DNA from: Ascoidea asiatica JCM 7603
Lineage: Eukaryota; Fungi; Ascomycota
DNA: 64,000 nucleotides
Assembly: GCA_001600695.1 (NCBI GenBank)
Contig: BCKQ01000015.1
Coordinates: forward strand, 1 to 64,000
Direction: 5' to 3'
Part shown: positions 35,050 through 47,487 of the stretch, one piece after another
Position numbering within the stretch: position 1 is the first letter of the stretch
Layout of the letters: every line of letters begins with the position of its first letter
Notes under the pieces: generated by a model
The model's database searches: none
What the model saw: the letters and a program-made list of their open reading frames with translations, nothing else
What the model was told of the DNA's origin: nothing
Translations under genes and position numbers: made by a program

Positions 35050-36060
35050 TTTTTAAAAAAAGACTATAAATATATATATGAGATGATTCTATTTATGAAA
35101 TAATTAATTGAATGGTTTATTTAAGAATTACAAATATCAATTAAATTTCAATTAACTTTTAGTGATCAGATTGAATTCAAAATATTTATAAGATATTTCT
35201 GACAGTTTTAACAGTTAATAACATCATTTTTCAATAAAGGTTAACGATAACTACAATAGTCAACCTGTAAAACACATCGTGCTGTACCTTTTACGGTAAT
35301 TATCAAGCCACATCTAGCTTGGACTTCCGGATTTTTGGATTTCTTCAGTCAGGTGAGCGAACAAGTACCCTCGAAAATAAGTATAAAAGAAAACGATGGT
35401 ATGAATATGGTCTGAGGGAGACCCGAGGATGATTTGAAGATCGTTTATTTACTGACAAAAAAGTAATTCAAAATAGTTGAATTAACTAAAAATAAAAAAG
35501 AGTTATTGAATTCAAATACAAAAAAAAAGAATAAAAGAAACTCAAAAGTCTTTAGCAAAATTGAATCAAGAATCCCATTAATGAATTAGAATATCTTCCT
35601 GAACTTAAAAATATTTCCCAGATATACAGTAATATTATGATATATTATGGATCAGGCTAATCAATTTTTAATTCATAATATTTGAAGTTGAATTATTTTC
35701 AAATTGAATTTCAAAATTCATTTATTGATATTATTTATTATTTTACTATATTTGGAAACATATCTCAATAAGATCTCAATTCTTAGAGAAAAAGTTCTCC
35801 AAATGACTTATTTGAAAAAAAAGCAAACTTCCATATGAAAACACTATATAAGCAATTGAACTTCATTAATTTATCATTTTCTATACAATTTGGAATAATT
35901 TAAACTTGTTTTGAGCTTTAAATTGTAAAAAAACAAAACATATTATTTTCACTACTAGTTCATTAAGAGGAATTGAACATATCTACCTTTCAACTGAAAG
36001 ATTGTCAGATTAATAATTAATTTTTTTGCTGAAGCTAAAAAAAAAAAAAAAAATCATTGT

Positions 36061-39000
36061 TTAGTTTTTTTTCAAAGTTCTTTGTTTCTCAGCATTTTGA
36101 ATTACTTTTTCATCAACAAATAAACCTTTTCTCTTTCTAATACTGTTCATATATTTTTTTGCAATATTTTCTCTATCTGCAAATTCTCCAAGTTCTTCTA
36201 ATTCTTCTTCAGTTTTTGGAACCCAAAATGGATCCTCATCGATTGCCTCAAACCCCGAAAAAACTAATTGAGGATTAGCTGCACCCGAAGTCTTTTTACG
36301 AATTTCTTCCGAAAACCCAAATGCATCAACAACAGGAATCTTAGCAACAATTGTAAAAAAAGGTGTACCCTCATCCATTTCCTCAGAAAGAATATGTCCA
36401 TGACATCGCTGAAGAACCGTGTAAACTTTTCCAATTGCTTCTGAAGAAGTTTGAATTGTAACTTTATACATTGCAAGCATTATTCTAGGTGACCAGTCTA
36501 AAAATCCTTTTTGAATACAATCTCTAGTTCCGTTTAAAAGTTTTCCTGATATATCATTTACAACATTTCCATTTTCAACACTCTCTTTTAGCTTTTCAAT
36601 TGATTTAATAACTACTGCCATTCCTTGAATTGGTTCAGAAGCTAAAGGACCTTCAAAACTACTAAATTGAAACCCATTCACAATATTATCCTCATATAAA
36701 AATAAGTTTTCTCTATCATTATCCTCTTTAAAAAGATTTCTGAAATTCTTTTTTCCTGTCATATCTATTAACATATTAGGACCAACTCTTTTAGGACCAA
36801 GGCATACAAGTCTATCTTTTATTGAATTCCATACATCCTTTCTTTTTGTATCTTCATCAAGAAACTTTTGAATTGTATCAATAAACTTGTCAATTTCATC
36901 CAAAATATGTTCACTAAAATATTTCATTGTTTGTTTATTGGAAATCATTTCAATCAAAGCTTGATTTTCAATTAAAAGATTAGTAACTTTTGAAGGTAAA
37001 GGAACAACCATGAAAGTTATTTTTAAATCACCAACTTTTAATATACTTGATCCTCTCCCCAATTCTTTATCTCTTGGTACATTCATGTCCGCCATGGAAA
37101 CTATTGTTTCTCTATAAGGAATCAAAGGCTTAGAAACCTGGATTTCAATTCCTGCAAATCTTTCTTTTAAATCTTTTAAACATCTTTCAAGATGTAATTC
37201 ACCTGCTGTTGCAAGAATATGTTCACCAGTATCCTCTATATATGTTTCAACACAAGGATCTGCTTGATCTAAAAGTAGTAAACCTTTTTCAAGTTTATCA
37301 ATTTGACTTGGATTAACAGGTTCTAGTGCAACTTTAACAATTGGAGGATTACTTAAGGAAATTCCAACCAAATTTGCACCAATAACTCCTGTAGAAACTA
37401 AAGTACCACTTTTAAGCACTTTACCTGAAAGTCCTCCAATACCACATATATTACCAGCAGGAACCGAATCAACAGAAATAAATTCACTTCCCATAATCAA
37501 GTATAGACTGGTAATTTTACATATTTCTGAATGATCCTCAGGTTTCCTTGGATCAAACTTTGGACCAAGAACAGATAATTCTTGCTGTACTTTCAAGCAA
37601 CCACTATAAACTCTAGTAAAACCTATTAGAACTTCTTTCGGTAATTCAATTTCTTTTTCTACTTCTTCTTCTACTTCAAATTCAAATTCAAATTCGTCAG
37701 CTGCAGTTTTTGATTTATATGCTTCTTGTGAATCATCTTTTTCAGCTTTATATTGTTCTTCAGCTTCTGCAGCCATTTTGGCCACTTTACGAGCTTCTAA
37801 ACTTCTTTTTAATATCTCATCCATATCAGGAGAAACAACTGAAGCTAGTTCTTCTTCGGGTATTGAAAGCATTTTAGACACAAAGGCACATGTTAAACCT
37901 GAATTATCACATTTTAACATATCCTGTTGTAAGTTTTCATCGACTAATTTACTTGAAGGGGAATTTTCTAAAATAGCGGGAATTCGTTCTTTCTGAGAGC
38001 TCATTGGTGATGGAAGACTTTCAATAACAGTCAATAATATTGAAGTTGAAACCGGAATCCATTGTCCCATTATAGTTTTTAATAAGTTTTTAGTATCTTT
38101 AGATTTTAGATCCCTAGGAAGTATTTTGACATTCAAAACTTTTGTAATTTTGGTTAAAATCTCAGTATTTTTTTCTATAATAGTATTATCATAAATTTTC
38201 CATATATTGTCTAATATAAAAGAAACAAATAATGGTTTTAGATTTCTTCCTTTTTTACCTTTTGAGTTTATTATTTTTTTAGTTTTTGGATCTAGATAGA
38301 AATCACCCCAAAGAACTTTTTGTAAGTTGGATCTTTTCATACCCAATTTTTTTTCATAAAATGCAGCAAATTGACCAATATTAAACCCCCAACCATCAAT
38401 AGAACTAGCAAATACTACATTATTTTTCATTGGATTAAAATAAATACTTTCATCATCTTTTTCAATAAACTGTTCTTCTTCTTTGTTATTGCTATTATTA
38501 TTATTATTAAGAGATAAACTATTCAATTTTTTTTCTAATCTTTCTCTCCATAAAAAGTCTTCTTGAACTCTTTCTCCCGCAAAAAAAGAACCCAAAACAG
38601 CATTAACTTTTTCAATTACTTTACTTAAATGAAGAAAAGCTTCTTGAGGAGATAATTTTAACTCAATTATTAATCTATCAATTTTATTTAAAACTAAAAT
38701 TGGTTTTAATTTATCCATCCAACATTGCCTTAATACAGTTACAGTTTGAGAGCAAACGCCTTCAACAACATCTACTAATACTACAGCACCATCACAAAGT
38801 CTTGAAGCAATTGAAACTTCTGAAGAAAAATCGATATGACCAGGAGAATCAATTAAATTTATAAGATGTTCTTTGGCTATAGGAGTTTCTGAATTTTCTT
38901 GTTTATGTAAAACTCTAAAATACAAAGAAATTGCAGATGATTCCATTGTAATTCCTCTTAATTGTTCATCAGGTCTTGAATCTAAGTATCTTACTTTACC

Positions 39001-39153
39001 AGCCATTCTTTGTGAGATGATTCCATTACTTGCTAATAAAGAATCTGATAAAGTTGTTTTACCATGATCAACATGAGCTAAAATACATATATTTCTAACA
39101 CACGAAGCGTTATTTTGTAATCTTTGAATTATTTTATTATCTACTTTTACCAT
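36061..39153 (-). CDS. RIA1: EF2-like ribosome-assembly GTPase (Efl1)
   Basis: [43 protein letters not shown] and EDPFWVP...EELGE...RKRKGL. Confidence 0.95.
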   Translation of the reverse strand: MVKVDNKIIQRLQNNASCVRNICILAHVDHGKTTLSDSLLASNGIISQRMAGKVRYLDSRPDEQLRGITMESSAISLYFRVLHKQENSETPIAKEHLINLIDSPGHIDFSSEVSIASRLCDGAVVLVDVVEGVCSQTVTVLRQCWMDKLKPILVLNKIDRLIIELKLSPQEAFLHLSKVIEKVNAVLGSFFAGERVQEDFLWRERLEKKLNSLSLNNNNNSNNKEEEQFIEKDDESIYFNPMKNNVVFASSIDGWGFNIGQFAAFYEKKLGMKRSNLQKVLWGDFYLDPKTKKIINSKGKKGRNLKPLFVSFILDNIWKIYDNTIIEKNTEILTKITKVLNVKILPRDLKSKDTKNLLKTIMGQWIPVSTSILLTVIESLPSPMSSQKERIPAILENSPSSKLVDENLQQDMLKCDNSGLTCAFVSKMLSIPEEELASVVSPDMDEILKRSLEARKVAKMAAEAEEQYKAEKDDSQEAYKSKTAADEFEFEFEVEEEVEKEIELPKEVLIGFTRVYSGCLKVQQELSVLGPKFDPRKPEDHSEICKITSLYLIMGSEFISVDSVPAGNICGIGGLSGKVLKSGTLVSTGVIGANLVGISLSNPPIVKVALEPVNPSQIDKLEKGLLLLDQADPCVETYIEDTGEHILATAGELHLERCLKDLKERFAGIEIQVSKPLIPYRETIVSMADMNVPRDKELGRGSSILKVGDLKITFMVVPLPSKVTNLLIENQALIEMISNKQTMKYFSEHILDEIDKFIDTIQKFLDEDTKRKDVWNSIKDRLVCLGPKRVGPNMLIDMTGKKNFRNLFKEDNDRENLFLYEDNIVNGFQFSSFEGPLASEPIQGMAVVIKSIEKLKESVENGNVVNDISGKLLNGTRDCIQKGFLDWSPRIMLAMYKVTIQTSSEAIGKVYTVLQRCHGHILSEEMDEGTPFFTIVAKIPVVDAFGFSEEIRKKTSGAANPQLVFSGFEAIDEDPFWVPKTEEELEELGEFADRENIAKKYMNSIRKRKGLFVDEKVIQNAEKQRTLKKN

Positions 39154-39531
39154 TTTTATTACTGATAATATATTATTGATTTTTTTAAAATTTGTAATAA
39201 ATGAAATATTATTCTTTGGAAAAAGTTTGAAATATTTATATGAAAAATAATTTTATTATATTTTATTTTTTGGTCGGCTAATTATTTTTTTCAAAACTTA
39301 CTAACTAAGTACTACTGCAGTACTGTGCATACAATACTAATTTATATTAAAACGGGCGATAGTCATTGCCACAGATTACGAATCAAAATGAATGAAATCA
39401 TCTATCTATAAAAATAAAAATAAAATATATACTATATTTAAAAGAAACTATATTATATACTGGATATTGAGTAAATGAGATAAAAAGAAAATATTATAAA
39501 ACGAAAGGAATTAAATTTCTGACTTAAAATA

Positions 39532-40104
39532 TTAATCTTCACCAGCTGGAATTTCATCTTTTAGATATCTAAGCAATTTGATTTTAATTTCAGTTTGTTC
39601 ATTTCCTCGTAATATATCACTAACAAAACTAACTTCACAATCCAACTGAACACTTTGAAGAGCACTCTTTAATATTCCACATAAAACATTTGAGTACCAT
39701 AATTCTTTAATTGCTTTTCCATCATCAGGTAATTCTACAAATTCAGCAAGTAGATTTTCACTAAGTATTAGACTGAATTGTTTACCATTATCAGACCAAT
39801 TTGTTACCTGGGGTATTATATTCAAAAAAATCTTGAATCCAACTTTTGATATCACCTCAGCAGTTTCTTTGAAAGAATTGCACCTTCCAGCCCCTGTTCT
39901 TGCTAGAAAGTCTTCAATCAATCTCACACCTATATTCTCCCCCATGGTCTGCAATTGTTTGTTGACCTCAATGTAATCATTGTTAAGGTCTTTGCAAAGC
40001 TGTGCTACAACCGAACCGTAGGTCAATGTGAAAAGCTCTGCATTCACTTTCTCTACTCTGTTTTTCCAGATTTCATCACCGGCTGATTTTATGGATTTCG
40101 ACAT
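39532..40104 (-). CDS. BET3: TRAPP complex subunit Bet3
   Basis: [26 protein letters not shown] and [12 protein letters not shown] at 40104. Confidence 0.96.
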   Translation of the reverse strand: MSKSIKSAGDEIWKNRVEKVNAELFTLTYGSVVAQLCKDLNNDYIEVNKQLQTMGENIGVRLIEDFLARTGAGRCNSFKETAEVISKVGFKIFLNIIPQVTNWSDNGKQFSLILSENLLAEFVELPDDGKAIKELWYSNVLCGILKSALQSVQLDCEVSFVSDILRGNEQTEIKIKLLRYLKDEIPAGED

Positions 40105-40796
40105 TTTGATTATTATCTGCTGCTGCTTCGTAGTTTTGCACACTGTTTAGAGCTTGTTTAATCTTTGTGTCAGTATCTGTGATGCTGATTTTGGTGCTGA
40201 TTTTGGCGGATCAAAAAAAGAATCGTTTCTTATCTTCACTGATAAATGGATTCTCAAGCCACGCTTTTACCCTCGTATTTCAAAAGGCATATTCCTGATT
40301 ACGGTAACATTTCACTGCTATTATGCCGGAATTCTGTATCAGGTAATTTATTGCTTTATTGCTAGTATTTTACCTTAAGTTATTATAATTTTGTCAATTT
40401 GATAATAGTCTAATTATCAAATAATAAATAACAAATAACAAATAACAATACTTTTGGTGTTTTTTATATTATGATTACTTTCTCAGTGTAATCGCCAAAT
40501 TGGTGTCTATATACTGTATATAATTAACTAATTATAGAAAAAAAAATTGTCAGTTCAACTTATTTGAGTAATATTAAAATAATTTCTGAAATTCCACTAA
40601 AATTCTTATGTAGAAATAACCAAAAGAAATTGCTTAATTAAAAGTATACAAGGTAATTGAAATTTCTATAACTTGAGATATATTTAAATTGATTTTCAAT
40701 TTTTAACTTTCAGTTTTTAACTTTTTATTATAAATTTTTGATGAAAAAATAAGTTTGTTTGGAGTTTTTAAGTTATATTTTTTTTTTGATAAAATT

Positions 40797-42266
40797 TCAA
40801 GGAGAAATATTTTCATAACTAAGATCATCTTCAGATGATAACTCATTATCAAAATAATCATCAGGTAAATCATCAGAAATAGAATCCTGTTCATTATTTA
40901 TATTATCATCTTTTGTATCTAAATTTATGTTTGAATTGTGTTTAGAAATTTGTAAATTTTCTTGTTCTTTTATAAAATTATTGATTTTTTCATTATTTTC
41001 AATTGATAAACTTTTATCAATTAAATTATTTAAATTTGTTTGAGATTTAGATTTATCAATTAATGGTTCAATATCTAAATTTTGTTTATTCAAAGAAACT
41101 AAATTATCATTCAAATCTAAGTTTAGGTTTTCATTTATGTTTTCATTTAATTTTTCAATTTTATTTTCATTTTCAGTTTCTTTTAACTTTTTATTTTCAT
41201 TTAATATTATATCTAACTTTTTGATTTCATTTTGATTTTGATTTCCAATTTTGTTAACATTTACATTTTGATTTAAATTTTGATTTAAATTTTCATTAAT
41301 ACTTGTAACTTCAGAAATTGGATCACTTTCACTTTCTTCAGTAAATTGAGATATTGGATCTCTCCAATAAATTAAATCAGAAAATCTTTCATCAGTTCTT
41401 AATGGACCTAATTGAACAGGTGGAAAAAAATGATCAACTAATTCATTTATATGAATATAAGAAGATTTATAACCAGCTAATTCTAAAAGTTCCATATGAA
41501 CTTCACCATCTGGATTTATTGTAAAAATTCTTGAAGATGGAATTCCAACATATCTATAACTTATAGCATCAGTAATTCTATTACCAAAACCAGCATAAAA
41601 TGGACTTGTATTTGAATCTCTATATAAAGATTTTAGATCAGATAAACAAGACATTTTAAAAATTTCAGGTTTACGTAAAATAATTTCTCTTTTTAAAGCA
41701 GCCATTAATCTATCAGGAGATAATAATACAGGACCTTCAGGTAATGAAATTCCACATTGATCAATAGTTTTTAAATATGAACGAGTTGAATCAGCTTGAC
41801 CAATAGATCTTGCAGTTAAATACATAATATTATAACTATTTAATTTAATATCATTAAATAATTTTGCAACACCATTATGAGTCCAATCTCTACCAATCAT
41901 TGTAAATACATGACCTAAAGCATCAGATTTTGTTATTGTACCATCAATATCAGAAATTACTATAGGTACATTATATTTCCATAAAAATATATTTGAAGTT
42001 ATTGAAGCTCTTGTTTTATCAACAGTAAATTTCATTGAATTTTTACCAGGTTTTAAATTTAAACATTTTAATTGTTCAGAAGTTAATCTTATAGTTTTAA
42101 AATAATATAAGTTATTACTATTATCAGTATTATCAGTATTATTTGAATTATTTGAATTATTTGAATTATTTGAATTATTTGTATTATTATTTGAATCTGA
42201 ATGGGATGAAGATGGAATAGAGGAAGTAGTTGAAGAATAATAAGGATTAGTGATTGAATTATCTTT

Positions 42267-42298
<32 letters not shown>

Positions 42299-43318
42299 TG
42301 TTATTGTTATTGTTATTGTTATCAATATCAAGATTAGGATTGGAGTCATTAATATTATTATTAAGATCAATATTTAAATCATTATTTAAATCATTATTTG
42401 AATTAATTGGATGATTAATATAAGAATAAATTCTAATATTACCAAATTCATCAGTTTTCATAACTTTTGATAAATCATAAGAATTACCTAATTCTTTTTT
42501 TAATAAATTTTTAATTAAAACATCTGAATTTTTTATAACATTTTCATTTGATTTATAACCATTCATATCAAGTAATAAATCACCATTATTATCAATTTTT
42601 GTTGGAATATTTTTCAAAGTGAAAGATTGAGATAAATTTTTTGTTCTTTGTAAATAAGATAAATTATTTAAACTTTCAATTTCAATTTCATTTTCATTTT
42701 CATTAAAATCTTGATCAATATCAGAATTAGTTGAATTTGAAAGATTTAAAGGTTGTATAAATTGAGAATCATTTGAATTTGAATAATTTAATAATGGAGA
42801 AGATAATGGAGAACTTAATGGAGAAGATAATGGAGACAGTTTAGGAGAATTTAAAGGAGAATTTGAAGGTGAAGAAGCAGCAGATACAACGGGAGAAGTT
42901 ATTAAATTTGAAGGTATATTTGTTATTGAATCAGCTTGAAATACAAAATGAGCTTCACCACCTTCACCAAGTTTCATTGGTAAATTTGTTAAATGATCAT
43001 TTACTTCTAAATTAACTTTTTTTTGAGAAGGTCTAAGAAGTTGAAATTTACCAAATCTTACATGAAAAGGGGAACAAAATAATTCACCTTTAAAATAATA
43101 AAAAAAAAAGATTTAAAAAGATTTAAAAAGAATCGTTAGAAAGAATTGATATGAATTGAAATGAATTGAAATGGAGAATAAGATTAAATTAAATAAAATG
43201 CAAACATACCATCATCTTGTTCCACCACTATTACATCAATGGCTCCGGATAAAGTGGAAGGATTGATTGAATTCCAAGTTTTAGATACGGAGCCAATAGC
43301 TCTTCCAAAATAGTTCAT
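40797..43318 (-). CDS. PAH1: Phosphatidate phosphatase (lipin); exons 43318-43210 and 43087-40797
   Basis: Exon 1 MNYFGRAIGSVSKTWNSINPSTLSGAIDVIVVEQDDG. Intron GTATGT...TTCTAAC...AAG (43209-43088). Exon 2 ELFCSPFHVRFGKF...MKLGEGGEA with the catalytic DIDGT. Confidence 0.95.
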
Positions 43319-43838
43319 TTAATATATGAAGTGAAAGAATATAAATCAAAAAGAGAACAAATATAATGAAGTGTAGGTGAAATAAAAAGGTGAAATGAGA
43401 ATTTAGAATTTAGAACTAACTGATCTGAGAACAATGAAAATATATCGAGAGGTGAGGGAGCAGTGAGTGATTCAGTAACAAAGCAGCTAGCTAGCTACTT
43501 TGAAGGGAGTATTTGTGGAGTACCGCAAGTGGTAACTGAGGTTCAGTGCTCGTACTATTCGTACGGGTCACATGCCCTCTCTCTGTGCCGCCGATCACAT
43601 GCCTCTTCTGCCTCTCCTTTCTTTCTTCTCCTTTTTCTTCTTCTTCTCCTCTTTCTGCTGGTATGGAATTACTCGGAAGCGCCGCAGTGTGTTCTGGTGG
43701 TGGTGGTTCTGGCAGTAAACACTTCAGCTTCTGTCTCTGGTATATAAACAATCTCTGGGAACAGAGTTTTTCTTCTTTTTTCTGTCTCTTCTTACTCTAA
43801 ATCTATCTATCTCCTTATTAAAATAATCAATTATCCAA

Positions 43839-44414
43839 ATGGCAGTGTTAAATCTAGAGGACCAGCTCTCTTTCTACAGAGCTTACCATTTCAATTCCAT
43901 AAATGTTTTAATTCATACTATATTTGTGCCTACAATTCTATTCACCTCCATTATAATTCTTCAATCTGTTTCATTTCCATTTCCAATTCCAGGTTCAACT
44001 TTATATCCTAATATTTCCACTTATTTTGCGAATTTTGGTACTTTATTATCTTTAATTTACGTTGTTTTTTATCTTGTACTTGATTTTAATTTTGGTTCAA
44101 TATTATCAATTATAATTTTATTTATTAATTTTTCTTCAAAATTCATCATAACTAATTATTATAATTCAAATATTTATAATATCAATAAGTTTTTAATAAT
44201 CTTATTTGTATTTTCTTGGATAGCTCAATTTATTGGTCATGGTTTTTTTGAAAAAAGATCTCCTGCTCTTTTTAATAATTTAATTCAAGCTTTTCTTTTA
44301 GCTCCAATATTTGTATTTTTTGAAATTATGTTTTATTTTGGTTTTAGGACTCATTTAAAACAAAAAATTGATAAAAGAGTTTCCATAATCTTAAAAGATT
44401 TAAATAATAAATAA
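43839..44414 (+). CDS. MPO1: 2-hydroxy fatty-acid dioxygenase Mpo1 (DUF962 family)
   Basis: QLSFYRAYH...NVLIHTIFVP and WIAQFIGHGFFEKRSPAL. Confidence 0.88.
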   Translation: MAVLNLEDQLSFYRAYHFNSINVLIHTIFVPTILFTSIIILQSVSFPFPIPGSTLYPNISTYFANFGTLLSLIYVVFYLVLDFNFGSILSIIILFINFSSKFIITNYYNSNIYNINKFLIILFVFSWIAQFIGHGFFEKRSPALFNNLIQAFLLAPIFVFFEIMFYFGFRTHLKQKIDKRVSIILKDLNNK

Positions 44415-44681
44415 CATACTGTATAACAAATAATAAGTATATAAAACTTCAATTTCTCACTTGTTCCGATTACCGTAATCGAAAATCGCGGTTTTCTTTC
44501 TTTACCGTAATTTGACTTAACTTACTACTACTACTGCAAAACACATAATATAAAGTTACTTTAATATATTAAATCTCATATTAAACCTATTTTAATAAAT
44601 AAACAATCAATAAACAATCAATCGAAGAGTAATAATATAAACAATCAATTAAAGATTGAATATATATCAATATATATCAAT

Positions 44682-46874
44682 ATGTTAGATTCTATTACAA
44701 TTACAAACTCTGATTTAAATTCAGATATAATAATTCATTTAATTGATTTTTTAATAAATTCAAATTTCATTTTATTCAATCCAATCAATGGTAATTTAAA
44801 TAATATATTCAATATATTTAATAAATATTTAATTTCTTTAAACTCTTTAAATTCAAAATTATCTTGGAAAATTTTCATTTCTAATTTAAATTTAATTAAT
44901 AATTTTTCAATTAAAAAAAATATCTTTCAATTTAATATTCCATTTCATAATACTTTTAATCAATCTGATAATATTTTTTTAACTTTTATTGATAAATTTT
45001 CTTTACTTATATTAAAAAAAAAATTTAATTCAATTCATATTTCCCAATCTCAATCTCAATCTCAATCTCAATCTCAATCTCAATCTCAATCTCAATCTCA
45101 ATCTCAATCTCAATCTCAATCTCAATCTCAATCTCAATCTCAATCTAAATCTCAATCTCAATCTCAATCTCAATCTAAATCTATTAATGATAATATTTAT
45201 CACAACAATAATAACAATAGTGATAATGATATAAATGATTTATATAATCTTTTAAATACAACTCTTCCTTCTCAAAATATTTCTTATTTAAATGATTCAA
45301 CTAATTCAAACTTAGATTTTGATTCAAATTTAAATTTTAATTCTGATATAGATTCAATAAAATTAAAAATTTATGAAAATAAATTCAATCCAACACTTTT
45401 AAATCTTCAAAATCTTTTAAATTTTAAAACTTCAAAAAATTATTTAGATTGGGAAAGATTTAAATTAACAACTATTAAAAAACCATTTGTTCAAATTTGT
45501 AATGATCAAAAACATTCTAATTATTTAGCTTCAATTTCAACTTTTATTAATACTGATTCAATTAATACTATCAATAATAATAATAACCACTATAACAAAA
45601 GAAATAATAACAACAATAATAGTAATAAAAATTTCAATAATAAAAGTAATTCATCAAATTCAAATTCAAACTTTAATTCAAATAATATTAATAATCCTTT
45701 TTCTTTCAAAAATTTAATTAATAAACATATTTTAACTTCATTTTCAAAATGTTCAATAAATTTACCTAAAAATTTAAATTTAAATGAATCTTTAGAAATT
45801 TGTTTATCTGAAAAAATTCATTTTATTCCAATAATTAAAGCTTCAACTTCTTATAATTCTTCTTCTTATAATGATTTTACAAGAAAACTTCAACAATCCT
45901 TTTCAAATAATAATTATAATAATAATAATAATAATAATAATAATTTTTTAGATCAAAATACTTCTTTAAATAAAAAAAAAATTTTACCAAATATTCAATT
46001 GAATTCTATAACAAATTGTCTAGGTCAACAACAAACAGATTCATCATTAGGTGATTGTTCATATTTAGATACTTGTCATAAATTAAATACATGTAGATAT
46101 TTACATTATTATAAATTATTACCGTTAAATAAATTAAATAATGAATTTGAAGATCAAAAAATTCAATTAAAAAAAATTAATAAAATTGAAAATATTTATG
46201 ATTATTCTTGGGGTTTACCAATAAGTTATTGTTCAAGAAATTTACAACCTCCACAATGGATTAATTGTGATTTAAGAAAATTTGATTTTAAAATTTTAGG
46301 AAAATTTGCTGCTGTTATTGCAGATCCTGCTTGGCATATTCATATGAGTTTACCATATGGAACTTGTAATGATAGTGAATTATTAAATTTACCAATGCAT
46401 CAATTACAAGATGAAGGAATTATGCTATTATGGGTCACAGGTAGAGCTATAGAAATTGGTAGATCTTCTTTAGAAAAATGGGGTTATGGTAATATTAATG
46501 AAATTATTTGGGTAAAAACTAATCAATTAAATAGAACAATTTGTACAGGTAGAACAGGACATTGGTTAAATCATTCTAAAGAACATTTATTAGTTGGGAT
46601 TAAAGGTAATCCTAAATGGTTAACTAAAGGAATTGATACTGATGTTATTGTATCTTCAACAAGAGAAACAAGTAGAAAACCAGATGAAGTTTATGAAATT
46701 GTTGAAAGACTTGTTGGAAAAGCAAGTAGAAAACTTGAAATTTTCGGAAGAGATCATAATATAAGAGAAGGTTGGTTTACAATTGGTAATCAATTAACTG
46801 GAAATTCAATTTATGAAGAAGATGTTGCAAGAAAATATGAAAGGTATATGAATCAAACTAAACTAAAAGTATAA
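44682..46874 (+). CDS. IME4: mRNA m6A methyltransferase (METTL3 orthologue)
   Basis: CCCH finger [34 protein letters not shown] and RETSRKPDE. Confidence 0.95.
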   Translation: MLDSITITNSDLNSDIIIHLIDFLINSNFILFNPINGNLNNIFNIFNKYLISLNSLNSKLSWKIFISNLNLINNFSIKKNIFQFNIPFHNTFNQSDNIFLTFIDKFSLLILKKKFNSIHISQSQSQSQSQSQSQSQSQSQSQSQSQSQSQSQSQSKSQSQSQSQSKSINDNIYHNNNNNSDNDINDLYNLLNTTLPSQNISYLNDSTNSNLDFDSNLNFNSDIDSIKLKIYENKFNPTLLNLQNLLNFKTSKNYLDWERFKLTTIKKPFVQICNDQKHSNYLASISTFINTDSINTINNNNNHYNKRNNNNNNSNKNFNNKSNSSNSNSNFNSNNINNPFSFKNLINKHILTSFSKCSINLPKNLNLNESLEICLSEKIHFIPIIKASTSYNSSSYNDFTRKLQQSFSNNNYNNNNNNNNNFLDQNTSLNKKKILPNIQLNSITNCLGQQQTDSSLGDCSYLDTCHKLNTCRYLHYYKLLPLNKLNNEFEDQKIQLKKINKIENIYDYSWGLPISYCSRNLQPPQWINCDLRKFDFKILGKFAAVIADPAWHIHMSLPYGTCNDSELLNLPMHQLQDEGIMLLWVTGRAIEIGRSSLEKWGYGNINEIIWVKTNQLNRTICTGRTGHWLNHSKEHLLVGIKGNPKWLTKGIDTDVIVSSTRETSRKPDEVYEIVERLVGKASRKLEIFGRDHNIREGWFTIGNQLTGNSIYEEDVARKYERYMNQTKLKV
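45045..45182 (+). repeat. (CAATCT)x23 microsatellite encoding poly-(QS) in IME4
   Basis: 138 bp, with two AAATCT variants. Confidence 0.95.
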
Positions 46875-47487
46875 ACAAAAGTTAGAACCCTTTTCATTTA
46901 TCAACAATGAATCAATTATTGCTAAAAATAACACTGAAGTTATGAAACATTTCAGTCAGAGGCTTCTATTGCTATTTAATTATTACTTGCAAAAAAAAAT
47001 TTGCTAACTATTGATAGTTCTATCTACATCGCACCCCAACAGAAAGCTACTCGATTATTTTTTATGTTACTCTTTGCTTTCTCTCTGCCAATGGTCAATA
47101 GAATTGTAATCAAATATAATTTGATTACTAGGTAATATAGTCTAATGCAATATAATATAGGATCTATAATATATTTTTCATATTTATTCTGAAACCAGTT
47201 TTACGGGTTTTTATTTAGAACCATTTCACTGGGTCGCACCATCACACCTTTTACTGACTTTTGGTGCATTTTTCTGCATAATGCGTTTTTACGGCAACGT
47301 TATTTTTCCAGTTTTATTAACCGGTTACCTTATTACTTTTTTTACTGTAAGAGTATTTTATCTATTACTCACCAAAAGAACATAGCTGGAAATTGAAAAA
47401 AATATATCAGAACAACAGAACAATAGATTACTCGATCATTGCAAAATATTGAGAAATATATTTACCTAAATATATTTAAGTCTTTCT

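Noticed and set aside
43463-43800. Three short overlapping ORFs between PAH1 and MPO1
   Set aside because: GC island in a divergent promoter with few stops by composition, and no homology signal.
46869-47030. Alternative IME4 3' intron (GTATAA...TGCTAAC...TAG) and an a1-alpha2-like site for an antisense RNA
   Set aside because: The donor is weak and the protein already ends where orthologues do. The site lacks the GATG-N9-ACA geometry.
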